A DNA stretch of 34,174 nt, from the NCBI GenBank assembly GCA_964554725.1, contig CAZKQE010000002.1, positions 1 to 34,174 of the forward strand, written 5' to 3'. Positions 17,331 through 25,700 of this stretch are shown piece by piece (within the stretch, counting starts at the first letter, position 1; every line of letters starts with the position of its first letter). A program made the position numbers and the translations under genes. A model generated the notes under the pieces. It had not been told where the DNA came from and ran no database searches. It saw nothing but the letters and a program-made list of their open reading frames with translations. This DNA comes from an uncultured bacterium. Lineage in GTDB: Bacteria > Eisenbacteria > RBG-16-71-46.

Positions 17331-17948
17331 TCAGCTGGCGGGTCGCGCCGCGGGCTGCGGCGCCTTGAGGACCGCCTGCAGGTCCACGACCACCTTGACC
17401 TCGTCGCCGAGCAGGACGCCGCCGGCGTCGAGCGCCTTGTTCCAGACGATGCCGAAGTCCTTGCGGTCGAGCGTCACGGCGGTCGTGAAGCCGGCGCGCG
17501 TCCCGCCCCACGGGTCCTTCGCCTCGCCGAGGTAGGTCACCGGCAGGGTGATCGTCTTCGCCACCCCGCGCATCGTGAGGGTCCCGGTCACGTCGTAGCG
17601 GTCCTTGCCGGTGGGACGGACCGCGCTGCTGGTGAAGGTGATCGTCGGGTACTTCTCGACGTCGAAGAAGTCCGGCGAGCGCAGGTGCCGATCGCGGTCG
17701 GCGACGTCGGTGTCGATGCTCGCCGCGTCGATCGTGAACGTGACCGACGAGGCCGCCGGCTGGCGGCGGTCCATGGCGATCACACCCTCGAAGACGCCGA
17801 AGCGGCCGTGGACGGTGCTCAGCAGGTGCCGGATCTGGAACCCGGCGCGCGAGTGGTTGGGGTCCACCACGAGGGTGTCGGCCGCGAGGGCCGGGGTCGC
17901 CGCGAACGCGGCGAGGGCGAGGACGAGGAACAGGCGGCGGAAGGTCAT
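17331..17948 (-). CDS. YceI family periplasmic protein (second copy)
   Basis: HSRAGFQIRHLLSTVHGRFGVFEGVI...DVADRDRHLRSPDFFDVEKYPTITFTS. The ATG at 17948 has an AGGAGA SD and opens the signal peptide MTFRRLFLVLALAAFAATPALA. The track start at 18020 adds 24 codons with AT-rich third positions, which is atypical here. Confidence 0.85.
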   Translation of the reverse strand: MTFRRLFLVLALAAFAATPALAADTLVVDPNHSRAGFQIRHLLSTVHGRFGVFEGVIAMDRRQPAASSVTFTIDAASIDTDVADRDRHLRSPDFFDVEKYPTITFTSSAVRPTGKDRYDVTGTLTMRGVAKTITLPVTYLGEAKDPWGGTRAGFTTAVTLDRKDFGIVWNKALDAGGVLLGDEVKVVVDLQAVLKAPQPAARPAS

Positions 17949-17990
17949 GGCGTGTCTCCTGGCTGAGGGTGAGGGTGGACGGACGGACGT

Positions 17991-18025
17991 TGATTGATGA
18001 TTGAATGGTTGATTGGTCATCTATT
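17991..18025. promoter_or_regulatory. AT-rich cluster of TGATTG repeats plus TTGATTGGTCATCTATT, a candidate MarR operator upstream of yceI
   Basis: TGATTG occurs at 17991, 17998 and 18010. TTGATTG-GTCATCTATT (18009-18025, plus strand) matches TTGATTG-ACGC-GTCATCTATT at 18568-18548 (minus strand) upstream of marR. Confidence 0.45.
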
Positions 18026-18048
18026 CCTCCAAAAAAAACCGGCCCGGC

Positions 18049-18528
18049 CTACGGTCCGCAACTCCGGATGCGGTCCAGGATGCGGATGAGCGCCGAGAGC
18101 TCGTCGCCCCCGAGCCCCGCGAGCACCTCCTGCTCGGCCCGCTCGACCTGGGGATCGAGACGGTCGAGCAGCGCGACCCCGGCGGGCGTGATCCCGCACA
18201 GCACCTGACGTCGGTCGCTCGCGCACCGCTCGCGCCGCACGAGGCCCTTGCGCTCGAGCCGGTCGAGGAGCCGGGTGATCCCCGGCGTCCGCTCGATCAT
18301 GCGCGCCGCGATCGCCAGCGTCGGCATCGCCTGCGGTGCGGAGCCGCGCAGGATGTGGAGCACGTTGTACTGCTGCCCCGAGATCCCCGCCGGCTCGATC
18401 GCCCGGAGCAGCCGGCGGCGCAGGTGGTCGGCGGTGTGGAGGATGCCGATCACCGCTTCCTGCTGCGGGGTGCGGAACGGCCGGGTCTGCTGGAGCTCGG
18501 CCTGGAGCCGACCGGAGGGGCGCGTCAT
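18049..18528 (-). CDS. MarR family transcriptional regulator
   Basis: Winged-helix MarR pattern: ISGQQYNVLHILRGSAPQAMPTLAIAARMIERTPGITRLLDRLERKGLVRRERCASDRRQVLCGITPAGVALL. I use the ATG at 18528 (MTRPSGRLQAELQQ). The track start at 18564 is a TTG that coincides with the -35 box. Confidence 0.85.
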   Translation of the reverse strand: MTRPSGRLQAELQQTRPFRTPQQEAVIGILHTADHLRRRLLRAIEPAGISGQQYNVLHILRGSAPQAMPTLAIAARMIERTPGITRLLDRLERKGLVRRERCASDRRQVLCGITPAGVALLDRLDPQVERAEQEVLAGLGGDELSALIRILDRIRSCGP

Positions 18529-18535
18529 GGGAGTT

Positions 18536-18568
18536 AGCATACACATCAATAGATGACGCGTCAATCAA
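18536..18568 (-). promoter_or_regulatory. marR promoter TTGACG-17 nt-TATGCT, with palindromic operator TGACGCGTCA overlapping the -35; ATG 7 nt after the -10 (leaderless-type)
   Basis: Minus strand: TTGACG (18564-18559), 17-nt spacer, TATGCT (18541-18536), AACTCCC, ATG (18528). The perfect 10-bp palindrome TGACGCGTCA is at 18563-18554. Confidence 0.6.
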
Positions 18569-18579
18569 AAAGATCCATG

Positions 18580-18712
18580 GTGCGGCGAAGATTGTGGACG
18601 CCCGTCGTAACCGACACGTTCACAACTAGTTGCTAGGAGACTCCGGGCCCGTCCGGTCAACCCGCTGAAGCTGGCGGGGTTCGCCCGGGCGCAGCAACAA
18701 TCTTCGCCGCAC
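18580..18712. repeat. 133-bp element bounded by perfect 16-bp inverted repeats, with a highly structured interior
   Basis: GTGCGGCGAAGATTGT (18580-18595) and ACAATCTTCGCCGCAC (18697-18712). The interior holds the palindromes CAACTAGTTG and CGCCCGGGCG, and the hairpins GTCG-TAAC-CGAC and CCCGC-TGAAGCTG-GCGGG. The element abuts the stop of the aconitase-family gene, and its other end is 16 nt from the marR -35. Confidence 0.6.
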
Positions 18713-18715
18713 GAG

Positions 18716-20755
18716 CTAGACGCCGAACACCTCGGGCTCCCACTCGAGCCCCAGCTCGCTCGGAGGGCCCATGTAGCCGAGCAACGCCGAGGAGGCCACG
18801 ACCGCGGGGCTCGCCAGGTATCCCTCGCCCCCCACCCCCATCCGGTTGGTCCAGTTGCGGTTGAACGAGGTGATCGCGCGTTGTCCCCGGGTGAGCGCGT
18901 CGGGACCCTGGCCGAAGCAGGGGCCGCACCACGACTCGCGGATCTGGCCGCCGGCCGCGCGGAACACGTCGGCGATGCTCTCGCCCTCGAGCCGCGGGTC
19001 GGCGGCCTCGATGCGGCGTTTCACCCCTCCCGAGCCCGGGAACACCACGAACTCGCGGGCCGCCCGGGCGAACCCGCGCGCGCGCGCGGCGCGCAGCACC
19101 AGCGCGGCCGAGAGCAGGTCGTTGTAGCCGCCGTTCGTGCACGAGCCGATCATCGCCTTGTCGAAGCCGAGCCGCTCGCGCGCGACCTCCTCGGCCGGGA
19201 AGGCGTTCCCGGGGCTGAAGGGGCGCGCGATCATCGGCCGCACCTCGTCGATCGCCAGCGTCTCGTCGATCTCGTATCGCGCCTCGGCGCCGGGGGCGAT
19301 CGGCGGATAGGGCAGCTCCCCCATCCCCTTCGCACGGAACCACTCGAGCGTGATCTCGTCCGGCGCGAAGATGCCGTTGAACGCCTCGGCCTCGGCCATC
19401 ATGTTGCAGATCGTGTTCCGGAACGCCATCGTCAGCTGGCGTCCGGCGTCCACGAACTCCACCGACATCCCCTGCGACTGCTTCCCGCCCCAGCGCCGCA
19501 GCAGCTCGAGCACCAGGTCCTTGCCGCTCACCCACGGGCGCAGGCGGCCGGCGAACGTGACCCGCCGCGCCCGCGGCACGGTCAGGTAGACGTAGCCGGT
19601 GGACCAGCCGAAGCCCAGGGTCGTGGAGCCCACCCCGATGCCGAGCGCGCCGTAGGCGCCGTAGGCGCGGCTGTGCGAATCGGCGCCGGGGACCACCATG
19701 CCCGGCGTCACCAGTCCCTGCTCGGGGAAGTAGAAGTGGAAGATCCCGTCGCCGGGCGTGGCGTAGTAGGGCTTCCCGATCCCGTGCTGGGTCGCGAACG
19801 CGCGTCCGATCGCGGTCTGGCGCTCGTCCGCCTGGTTGCCGGTGAACACGAAGTGGTCGTTCGCGATCGCGATCTGCCGCGGCCAGATGGTGTCCCCGCC
19901 GGTGATCTGGTTGAAGGTGTGGATCGCGAAGGGCGCCGTGCCGTCCGAGGCCGGCAGCAGGTCGGCGTAGACCCGCAGCGTCGCGCCCGGGCGCACCTCG
20001 GCGTCGCGGTCCACCCGGTGGGCCCACACGATCTGCTCGGTGGTCGTGAGCCCGCGCGCGGTCTCCGCGCCGGCCCAGCGGATCTCGGGCGGCGTCGCGA
20101 CCGAGGCGCGGAACTCCCGCCGGCCGACCGCGAAGATCCCGCCGGTGCTGCGGATCTCCTCCTCCTTGGGGCTGAGCGGCACCGGCTCGTAGCTGCGGCC
20201 CCGCGTCTCGTTGGCGAGCCGGCGGGTGACGGGGTCGAACGTGAGCGTGTCGCCGTCCTGCGCGTCGGCCACCGCCTCGGGGCTCTGCACCACGTGGAGC
20301 CCGAGGTTGAAGGCGTTGCGCCGGAAGATGTCCCCCATGTTGGCGCCGCACACCACGACCAGCTCGAGGCCCGCCTCCTCGGCCACGCCCTTGAGACCGG
20401 CCGGGCTCATCTCGCGCGAGGAGCCGATCGCGAACCGGTCGCCGGCGACCAGGAAGGTCTCGCCGCGGTGGACCCGCGCCCGGAAGTCGGGCATCAGGTA
20501 GCGGAACGAGCCCGCCTTCCAGCGCTCGTCGAGCGTCTCCAGGCTCTCCGAGACGCAGTCGGTGGCGGGCGTGATCTGGTCGGTGTCGATCGCGTCGAGC
20601 TTCCGGCCCGGGGTGCGGGGGTCCCAGAAGATCAGCGCCCGACCGCGGATCGTGGCCCCCTCGCCGGGGCGCGGGACGGCGTCGCCCGCCCGCGGCCCCG
20701 GCAGGGCATCGAGGGTCACGCCCGGCTTGAGGCGCGCGGGCTGGGGGACGGGCAT
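18716..20755 (-). CDS. Aconitase/isopropylmalate-dehydratase superfamily protein with the swivel (LeuD-like) domain fused N-terminal to the catalytic (LeuC-like) domains
   Basis: N-terminal small-subunit-like region: IDTDQITPA...FLVAGDRFAIGSSREMSPAGLKG...VCGANMGDIFRRNAFNLGL. Large-subunit region follows with GADSHSRAYGAYGALGIGVG, GSCTNGGY and SWCGPCFG (Fe-S cysteines). Started at the ATG at 20755 (GGAG upstream) rather than the track start at 20911. Confidence 0.8.
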   Translation of the reverse strand: MPVPQPARLKPGVTLDALPGPRAGDAVPRPGEGATIRGRALIFWDPRTPGRKLDAIDTDQITPATDCVSESLETLDERWKAGSFRYLMPDFRARVHRGETFLVAGDRFAIGSSREMSPAGLKGVAEEAGLELVVVCGANMGDIFRRNAFNLGLHVVQSPEAVADAQDGDTLTFDPVTRRLANETRGRSYEPVPLSPKEEEIRSTGGIFAVGRREFRASVATPPEIRWAGAETARGLTTTEQIVWAHRVDRDAEVRPGATLRVYADLLPASDGTAPFAIHTFNQITGGDTIWPRQIAIANDHFVFTGNQADERQTAIGRAFATQHGIGKPYYATPGDGIFHFYFPEQGLVTPGMVVPGADSHSRAYGAYGALGIGVGSTTLGFGWSTGYVYLTVPRARRVTFAGRLRPWVSGKDLVLELLRRWGGKQSQGMSVEFVDAGRQLTMAFRNTICNMMAEAEAFNGIFAPDEITLEWFRAKGMGELPYPPIAPGAEARYEIDETLAIDEVRPMIARPFSPGNAFPAEEVARERLGFDKAMIGSCTNGGYNDLLSAALVLRAARARGFARAAREFVVFPGSGGVKRRIEAADPRLEGESIADVFRAAGGQIRESWCGPCFGQGPDALTRGQRAITSFNRNWTNRMGVGGEGYLASPAVVASSALLGYMGPPSELGLEWEPEVFGV

Positions 20756-20805
20756 GGGTCGGGTGGCTCCATCGGCGGGGACTCGGCGGACGGCGGGATG
20801 GGCCG

Positions 20806-20834
20806 ATGCTAGCGCGGCCGGTCGAGGGCCGCAA
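20806..20834 (-). promoter_or_regulatory. Candidate promoter TTGCGG-17 nt-TAGCAT for the aconitase-family gene
   Basis: Minus strand: TTGCGG (20834-20829), 17-nt spacer, TAGCAT (20811-20806). The -35 overlaps the last base of the proximal 43-bp repeat. Confidence 0.35.
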
Positions 20835-20969
20835 TCCGGGCGGTGCGCGGCGTGGGCCGCCGGCCGCGCCGCGCGGGGTGTCATGGTCACTGCGGCGTTG
20901 AGGTGTGCCATTGACTGCGGTGCTACATCCGGGCGGTGCGCGGCGTGGGCCGCCGGCCGCGCCGCGCGG
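20834..20969. repeat. Perfect 43-bp direct repeat (two copies) separated by a 50-bp lower-GC spacer
   Basis: ATCCGGGCGGTGCGCGGCGTGGGCCGCCGGCCGCGCCGCGCGG occurs at 20834-20876 and 20927-20969. Each copy can fold as GCGCGGCG...CGCCGCGC (8-bp stem) with an inner GGCC/GGCC pairing. The spacer contains the imperfect repeat ACTGCGG(C/T)G. Confidence 0.8.
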
Positions 20970-21476
20970 TCAGGCGGCGAGGTCGTCCGCGAGCGGGACC
21001 GGCGAGGCGGCGTAGAGGAACACCTCGCGCACGGCCCCCTTGCGCACCAGGAAGGTGCCCTGCCGCGTCGCCAGCGGGAAGAACCGGCCGGGGCCGTTCA
21101 GGTAGTCCGAGACGCGGTTCAGCGGCTCCGGCAGGGCCACCTGAAGCGACCCCTCGAAGGTCTCACCGTCCGCCATGCACACCCGCACCCGCTCCTCGCG
21201 TACGGTGGGGTGCGCCAGCGGCCCGATCAGGTCCGGATCCACCTCGGGACCCGCCATGACCCAGCGGATGTGGGGCCGCGCGAGCAGCACCACGGCGTCG
21301 TCGGCGAGCCGCTCGAACGGCAGGAAGCCGTCGCCCGGCTCGAGCAGCTCGAGCAGGTTCTCGGGACCGGCGTGGAAGGCGGAGTGCGCGAGCAGCGCGA
21401 GCGCTCCCTCGACCGGCGGCCCCCCCGCCACCGAGAGCCACACGGTGACGCGCAGCTTGTCGACGTAGTCGGGCAT
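20970..21476 (-). CDS. Hypothetical cytoplasmic protein with an internal tandem duplication of a roughly 65-aa module
   Basis: ATG at 21476 with a GGGAGGG SD. MPDYVDKLRVTVWLSVAGGPPVEGALALL...GDGFLPFERLADDAVVLLARPHIRWV parallels ERVRVCMADGETFEGSLQVAL...GPGRFFPLATRQGTFLVRKGAVREV. High GC3. No family recognised. Confidence 0.6.
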   Translation of the reverse strand: MPDYVDKLRVTVWLSVAGGPPVEGALALLAHSAFHAGPENLLELLEPGDGFLPFERLADDAVVLLARPHIRWVMAGPEVDPDLIGPLAHPTVREERVRVCMADGETFEGSLQVALPEPLNRVSDYLNGPGRFFPLATRQGTFLVRKGAVREVFLYAASPVPLADDLAA

Positions 21477-21631
21477 GGACCCTCCCGGGGCACGGCCGCC
21501 CCGTCCCCGGGTATCGGCCGGGGCGGGGCGGGGATTGAGGGCCCGCCGCCCGCCCGGCGGGCGACCCGGCAACCGGGACGGCCCCCCGCGCATCCAAGGG
21601 GCTCACCCCGGACCCGGAGGGACGACCCGCC

Positions 21632-22690
21632 ATGACCGTCGCAGCGACCCCGATCGCATCGGCTCCCGAACCCCGCGACCGCTCCGCCGCCGGTGCGGCC
21701 GCCGGGCCCCCGCCGCCCGACGAGGCGGCGCTGCTCGACGCCTACTCGAGCGCCGTGGTCGGCGCGGTCGAGCGCGTCGGGCCCGCGGTGGTCAACATCG
21801 AGGTCCACGGCATCGAGCCGCCCGCCGGATCGCGACGCGGCCCGCGCCCGCGCGGGGGCAGCGGCTCGGGCTTCCTGTTCACGCCCGACGGCCTGATCCT
21901 CACGAACAGCCATGTCGTCCACGGCGCGCGCCGCCTCGAGGTGACGGTGCAGGACGGGCGCCACCTCGAGGCCACGCTGGTCGGGGACGACCCCGACACC
22001 GACCTGGCGGTCATCCGGGTCGCCGGCGACGACCTCGCCGCCGCGGCGCTCGGGGACTCGGCGCGGCTGCGGGTCGGCCAGCTGGTGATCGCGATCGGCA
22101 ACCCGCTCGGGTTCCAGGCGACCGTGACCGCCGGGGTGGTGAGCGCCGTCGGCCGCTCGCTGCGCTCGCGCTCGGGCCGGCTCATGGACAACATCGTGCA
22201 GACCGACGCCGCGCTGAACCCCGGCAACTCGGGCGGGCCGCTGGTGGACGCCCGCGGCGAGATCGTCGGCGTCAACACCGCGGTGATCCTGCCGGCGCAG
22301 GGGCTGTGCTTCGCGATCCCGGTGAACACCGCGCGCTGGGTGGCGAGCCGGCTCATCCAGCGCGGCCGCATCCGGCGCGGGTACCTGGGACTGGGCGGTC
22401 AGACGGCGCGGATCCAGCGGCGGCTGGTGCTCCACCACCGGCTCCCCGCCGACAGCGGCATGCTGGTCCTCCACGTCGAGCCCGGCAGCCCGGCGAGCGC
22501 GGCCGACCTGCGCGAGGGCGACCTGGTCGTGGGCTTCGCCGGCGAGGCGGTGACGGGGGTGGACGACCTACACCGGCTGCTCGCCGAGGAGCGGATCGGG
22601 CGCGGCTACGCACACGCGTTCATCCGCCGCACGGAGCGGCGCGAGGGGGGGGTGGTGCCCGCCGAGTCCCCCGCCCCGCCGGGCGGCTGA
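21632..22690 (+). CDS. HtrA/DegP-like trypsin-fold serine protease (S1C) with C-terminal PDZ domain
   Basis: GSGFLFTPDGLILTNSHVV (His), DTDLAVIRV (Asp), NPGNSGGPLVDARGEIVGVNTAV (Ser). PDZ-like RGYLGLGGQ...PGSPASAADLREGDLVVGFAGEAV. Confidence 0.9.
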   Translation: MTVAATPIASAPEPRDRSAAGAAAGPPPPDEAALLDAYSSAVVGAVERVGPAVVNIEVHGIEPPAGSRRGPRPRGGSGSGFLFTPDGLILTNSHVVHGARRLEVTVQDGRHLEATLVGDDPDTDLAVIRVAGDDLAAAALGDSARLRVGQLVIAIGNPLGFQATVTAGVVSAVGRSLRSRSGRLMDNIVQTDAALNPGNSGGPLVDARGEIVGVNTAVILPAQGLCFAIPVNTARWVASRLIQRGRIRRGYLGLGGQTARIQRRLVLHHRLPADSGMLVLHVEPGSPASAADLREGDLVVGFAGEAVTGVDDLHRLLAEERIGRGYAHAFIRRTERREGGVVPAESPAPPGG

Positions 22691-22725
22691 GCGCGCCGGA
22701 CGGTCCCCGTCGGGCGAGCACGGGC

Positions 22726-22749
22726 GCGGCCACCCCGAGGGGTGGCCGC
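22726..22749. terminator. GC-rich hairpin between convergent genes
   Basis: GCGGCCACCCC-GA-GGGGTGGCCGC. Effectively a 10-bp stem with a CGAG loop. Confidence 0.5.
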
Positions 22750-22786
22750 GGTGCCCGCGACCGGGCCCGGGCGGGGCCCGCGTCGC

Positions 22787-25700
22787 TCAGCGGAGCAGGG
22801 CGAGGCGCCGCTCGAAGCGGCCCTCGGGGGTGACGAGGCGATAGAAGTAGAGCCCCGAGCGCGCCCGCATCCCGCTCTCGTCCCGCCCGTCCCAGGTCGC
22901 GCGGTGGATGCCGGCGTCGTGCATGCCGCCCGCGATCCGCCGCACCTGCCGCCCCTGCGCGTCGTAGATGTCGAGCGTGACCTCGCCCGGCCGCGGAAGG
23001 CCGAAGGAGATCGAGGTCGGTCCGGCGGCCGGGTTGGGGGCGTTCTGGGCCAGGAACGCGACCGGCGGCGCCCCGCCCTCGACGGCCACCACCGGCGGCC
23101 CGTTCACCTGCACCTCGCGCGAGGAGGCCGGCCCCCAGTTGCCCTGGGTGTCGCGCCCGCGCACCCACAGACGGCGCACGCCGGGCGAGAACGGCGTCGT
23201 GTCGAGACCGATCGAGACGTCCACGGTCTGGGCGCCGAACGCGCCCGACATCGGCGTCCCGCTCCCGGCCGGGGCCGGCGAGTCGCCGATCGACCACTCG
23301 GCCGCGGCGACGGTGCCGGACCCGGTGTTCTGGTCGCTGATCCGCGCCACCAGCGTGGCGGGGTCGGGCCGCACGATCGGGTTGGGACTGGCGGCGATCG
23401 AGCCGGCGACGACGATCGGACCCTGCAGGTCCCCGCCCGCGCGCTGGAGCGCGAAGTCCGCGTTCGACGCGTCGCCGGCCGAGAGCGCCGGCGTCCCGTC
23501 GTCCGTCACCCGGATGCGCACCCGGGCGCCGACCGTGTTGGGGACCGCGGAGAGGTCCCAGCTGTACGGGCCGGGACCCACCCCGGTCGCCAGCGGCTGC
23601 CAGGAGGATCCGCCGTCCAGCGACATCTCGAGCGTGCGCGAGACGATCGCGCGCCCCGGTCCGGCGGTCTCGTTCCAGGTGATGTCCACCGCGCCCGCGG
23701 TCACCACCTCGCCGCCGTTGGGCGCGGTGATCTCGACCGTCGGCCGCGGCCGGCCCAGCAGCCACAGCACGGTCTTGCCGAGCAGGTCGTTGCGGGTGGC
23801 GCTCGCGGCGTTGAACGGCGGCGCCAGCGCCGTGAACTCGAGGAAGAAGTTCGCCAGCCGCGACGGCAGCCCGCCCCAGAAGGCGGTGCCGGCGCTGCCG
23901 TTCGGCGTCGCGCTCTCCCAGCGGAACGCGACGTGGTCGGGCGTGGCGTCGCCGCCCGCGTTCAGCAGCGTGTAGCTGCCGATGCCGCCGGCGAGCGGAT
24001 GGATGTCCACCTCGTCGCCGGCCCCGCCGCTGCGGACCGGCGTGTAGGGGATCCCAGTCGTGTAGCCCCCGGTGATCGGGTCGCCGGCAATGCCGATCGC
24101 CTGCGACCAGGTGGCGGGGTCCGCCTGGTACTGCGCCCGCAGCGTGGTCTCGACCCACAGCCGGCGGTCGGGAGTGAAGGCGGGCGAGGTCGGGTCCGAG
24201 AGCCCCCAGGCGATGTCGTGGCCGTTCACCATCAGCCGGCCGCCGCCGTCGAGGTAGTCGGTGATGCGCGTGCGCGCGGCGTCGCTGAAGGCGGGATAGG
24301 CCTCGAGGCCGGGCTGCCACAGCACCGCCTGGTAGGCGCGCAGGCCCGAGGCGAGGTTCCCGAGCGGCGGGTCGTTCGCCAGCGCCTCGCCCCACAGGTC
24401 GTAGTCGATGCCGTTCGCCTGCAGCGCGCTCTCCCACGTGACCGTGCGCTCGAAGCCGTCCGCCCCCAGCACCAGGAGCACGTCGCCGCGCGCCTTGGCC
24501 GTGAACCGGTAGTGCTGGCCGCCGAGGTCGTCGCGCACCAGGTTCCCGCTCAGCGACACCGACTCGACGTCGTAGTAGTAGGTGGCGCCCAGCGTGAGAC
24601 CGGTCAGGTCCACGGTGTGGGCGAGCGGGTGACCCGGGCCGTCGACCGCGCCCAGCTCGAGCGCCGGCGTCAGGCCGTAGTAGACCCGCGAGGAGGCGTT
24701 GAGGTGGGTATCCCAGGCGATCTGCACGCGGCCGCTGCCCTGCGGCAGCGCCCGCACGTTCGTGATGATCGGCGTCGCCAGGCTCACCTGCGCCCCCGCC
24801 TGGAGGGTGGCCGCCGGCGACGCGTCCACGTAGGTGGCGGTGATCTGGTCGCCGTGGGCGACCGACAGCAGGCCGTCCACGGTCGAGACGTCCGCCGGGG
24901 TGAGGGTGACGGCGCCGGAGTAGAGCCCGTTCGCGCCGGACAGGGTGACGACCAGCGGCGTGGTCTCGGTGTCCGAGACCAGGCTGACGTTCACGCTGGG
25001 GCCGGCGTTCGTGTCGGTGACGCGGAGCTCCACGGTCCCGGTCGAGCCGTACTCGGCGCGGTCCAGCGCCAGCGTCCCGGCGTCGGTGCCGACGCCGCCG
25101 GTGACGCACAGACCGAACGGCTGCGGCCCCATCGGCACCGCCGCCGCGTCGATGCGGATGGTCCAGATCCCGGTCGCCGGGGCCCCCACCAGCACCGCCT
25201 CCTCGACGTTGCGGTTGTCATGGCTGCCGCCGGTCACCGAGAGACCCGCCGCGTACACGTTGCCCTTGTAGCTGGTCGCGCCACGGCTCACCGTCAGGTT
25301 CAGGTTGTTGACCAGCTGCACGGCCGCCGCCGGGTTGCCCGGGAAGTCGGTCCAGCACAGCGAGACCTCGAGCGGCACCCCGCCGTCGACCACGTTGACC
25401 TGGTACTCGACGAACTGCCCCGCGCCCAGGCCCTCCGTGTGGTCCACCAGCAGCAGCTTGCGCGCGTCCCCGGCGAAGTAGAGCACCTCGTCGGCGACGA
25501 TCTTGCCGTAGCCGACGTTGTGGTCGGGGGCGGTGAAGCCGGTGACGACGTTCGCCGCCGCGTTGATGCCCATCGCCTTGAGCAGGGCGGCCGAGGGCGT
25601 GAACCCGTTCGCCGGCACCTTGGTGCCGGTCGGGTACCAGCCCTCGGTGCAGTACTGGCGGATGAGCGTGATCGCCCCGGTCCCCGACGGACACGCCATC

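Noticed and set aside
17949-18020. The ATG at 18020 with a good GGAGG SD as the YceI start
   Set aside because: The 24 added codons have A/T-rich third positions, unlike every confident gene here. They contain the operator-like TGATTG repeats and would bury the signal peptide. The ATG at 17948 has its own AGGAGA SD. Not fully excluded.
18029-18051. The T8 run after the marR stop as a canonical intrinsic terminator
   Set aside because: The preceding GGCCGGGCCGG cannot form a stable stem with a viable loop; at most 4 bp (ACCG/CGGT) pair. The T-tract may instead be part of the AT-rich yceI control region.
18529-18564. The TTG start at 18564 for marR (the ORF-track call)
   Set aside because: This TTG is the first half of the TTGACG -35 box of a near-consensus promoter whose -10 lies inside the proposed extension.
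18580-18712. The inverted-repeat element as a tRNA, tmRNA, SRP RNA, or a bona fide MITE
   Set aside because: There is no cloverleaf or T-loop/acceptor geometry and no SRP GGAA/AGCA motif. No target-site duplication flanks the termini and no second copy occurs in the window. It is kept only as an unclassified structured element.
20834-20969. The 43-bp repeats as a miniature CRISPR array
   Set aside because: There are only two copies, the 43-bp repeat and 50-bp spacer are atypical lengths, the repeat is an extreme-GC hairpin typical of REP or terminator elements, and no cas genes are in the window.
20562-21635. 357-aa plus-strand ORF containing the repeated peptide GRCAAWAAGRAAR
   Set aside because: The repeated peptide is only the translation of the 43-bp DNA repeat. 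The rest is antisense to the 168-aa gene.
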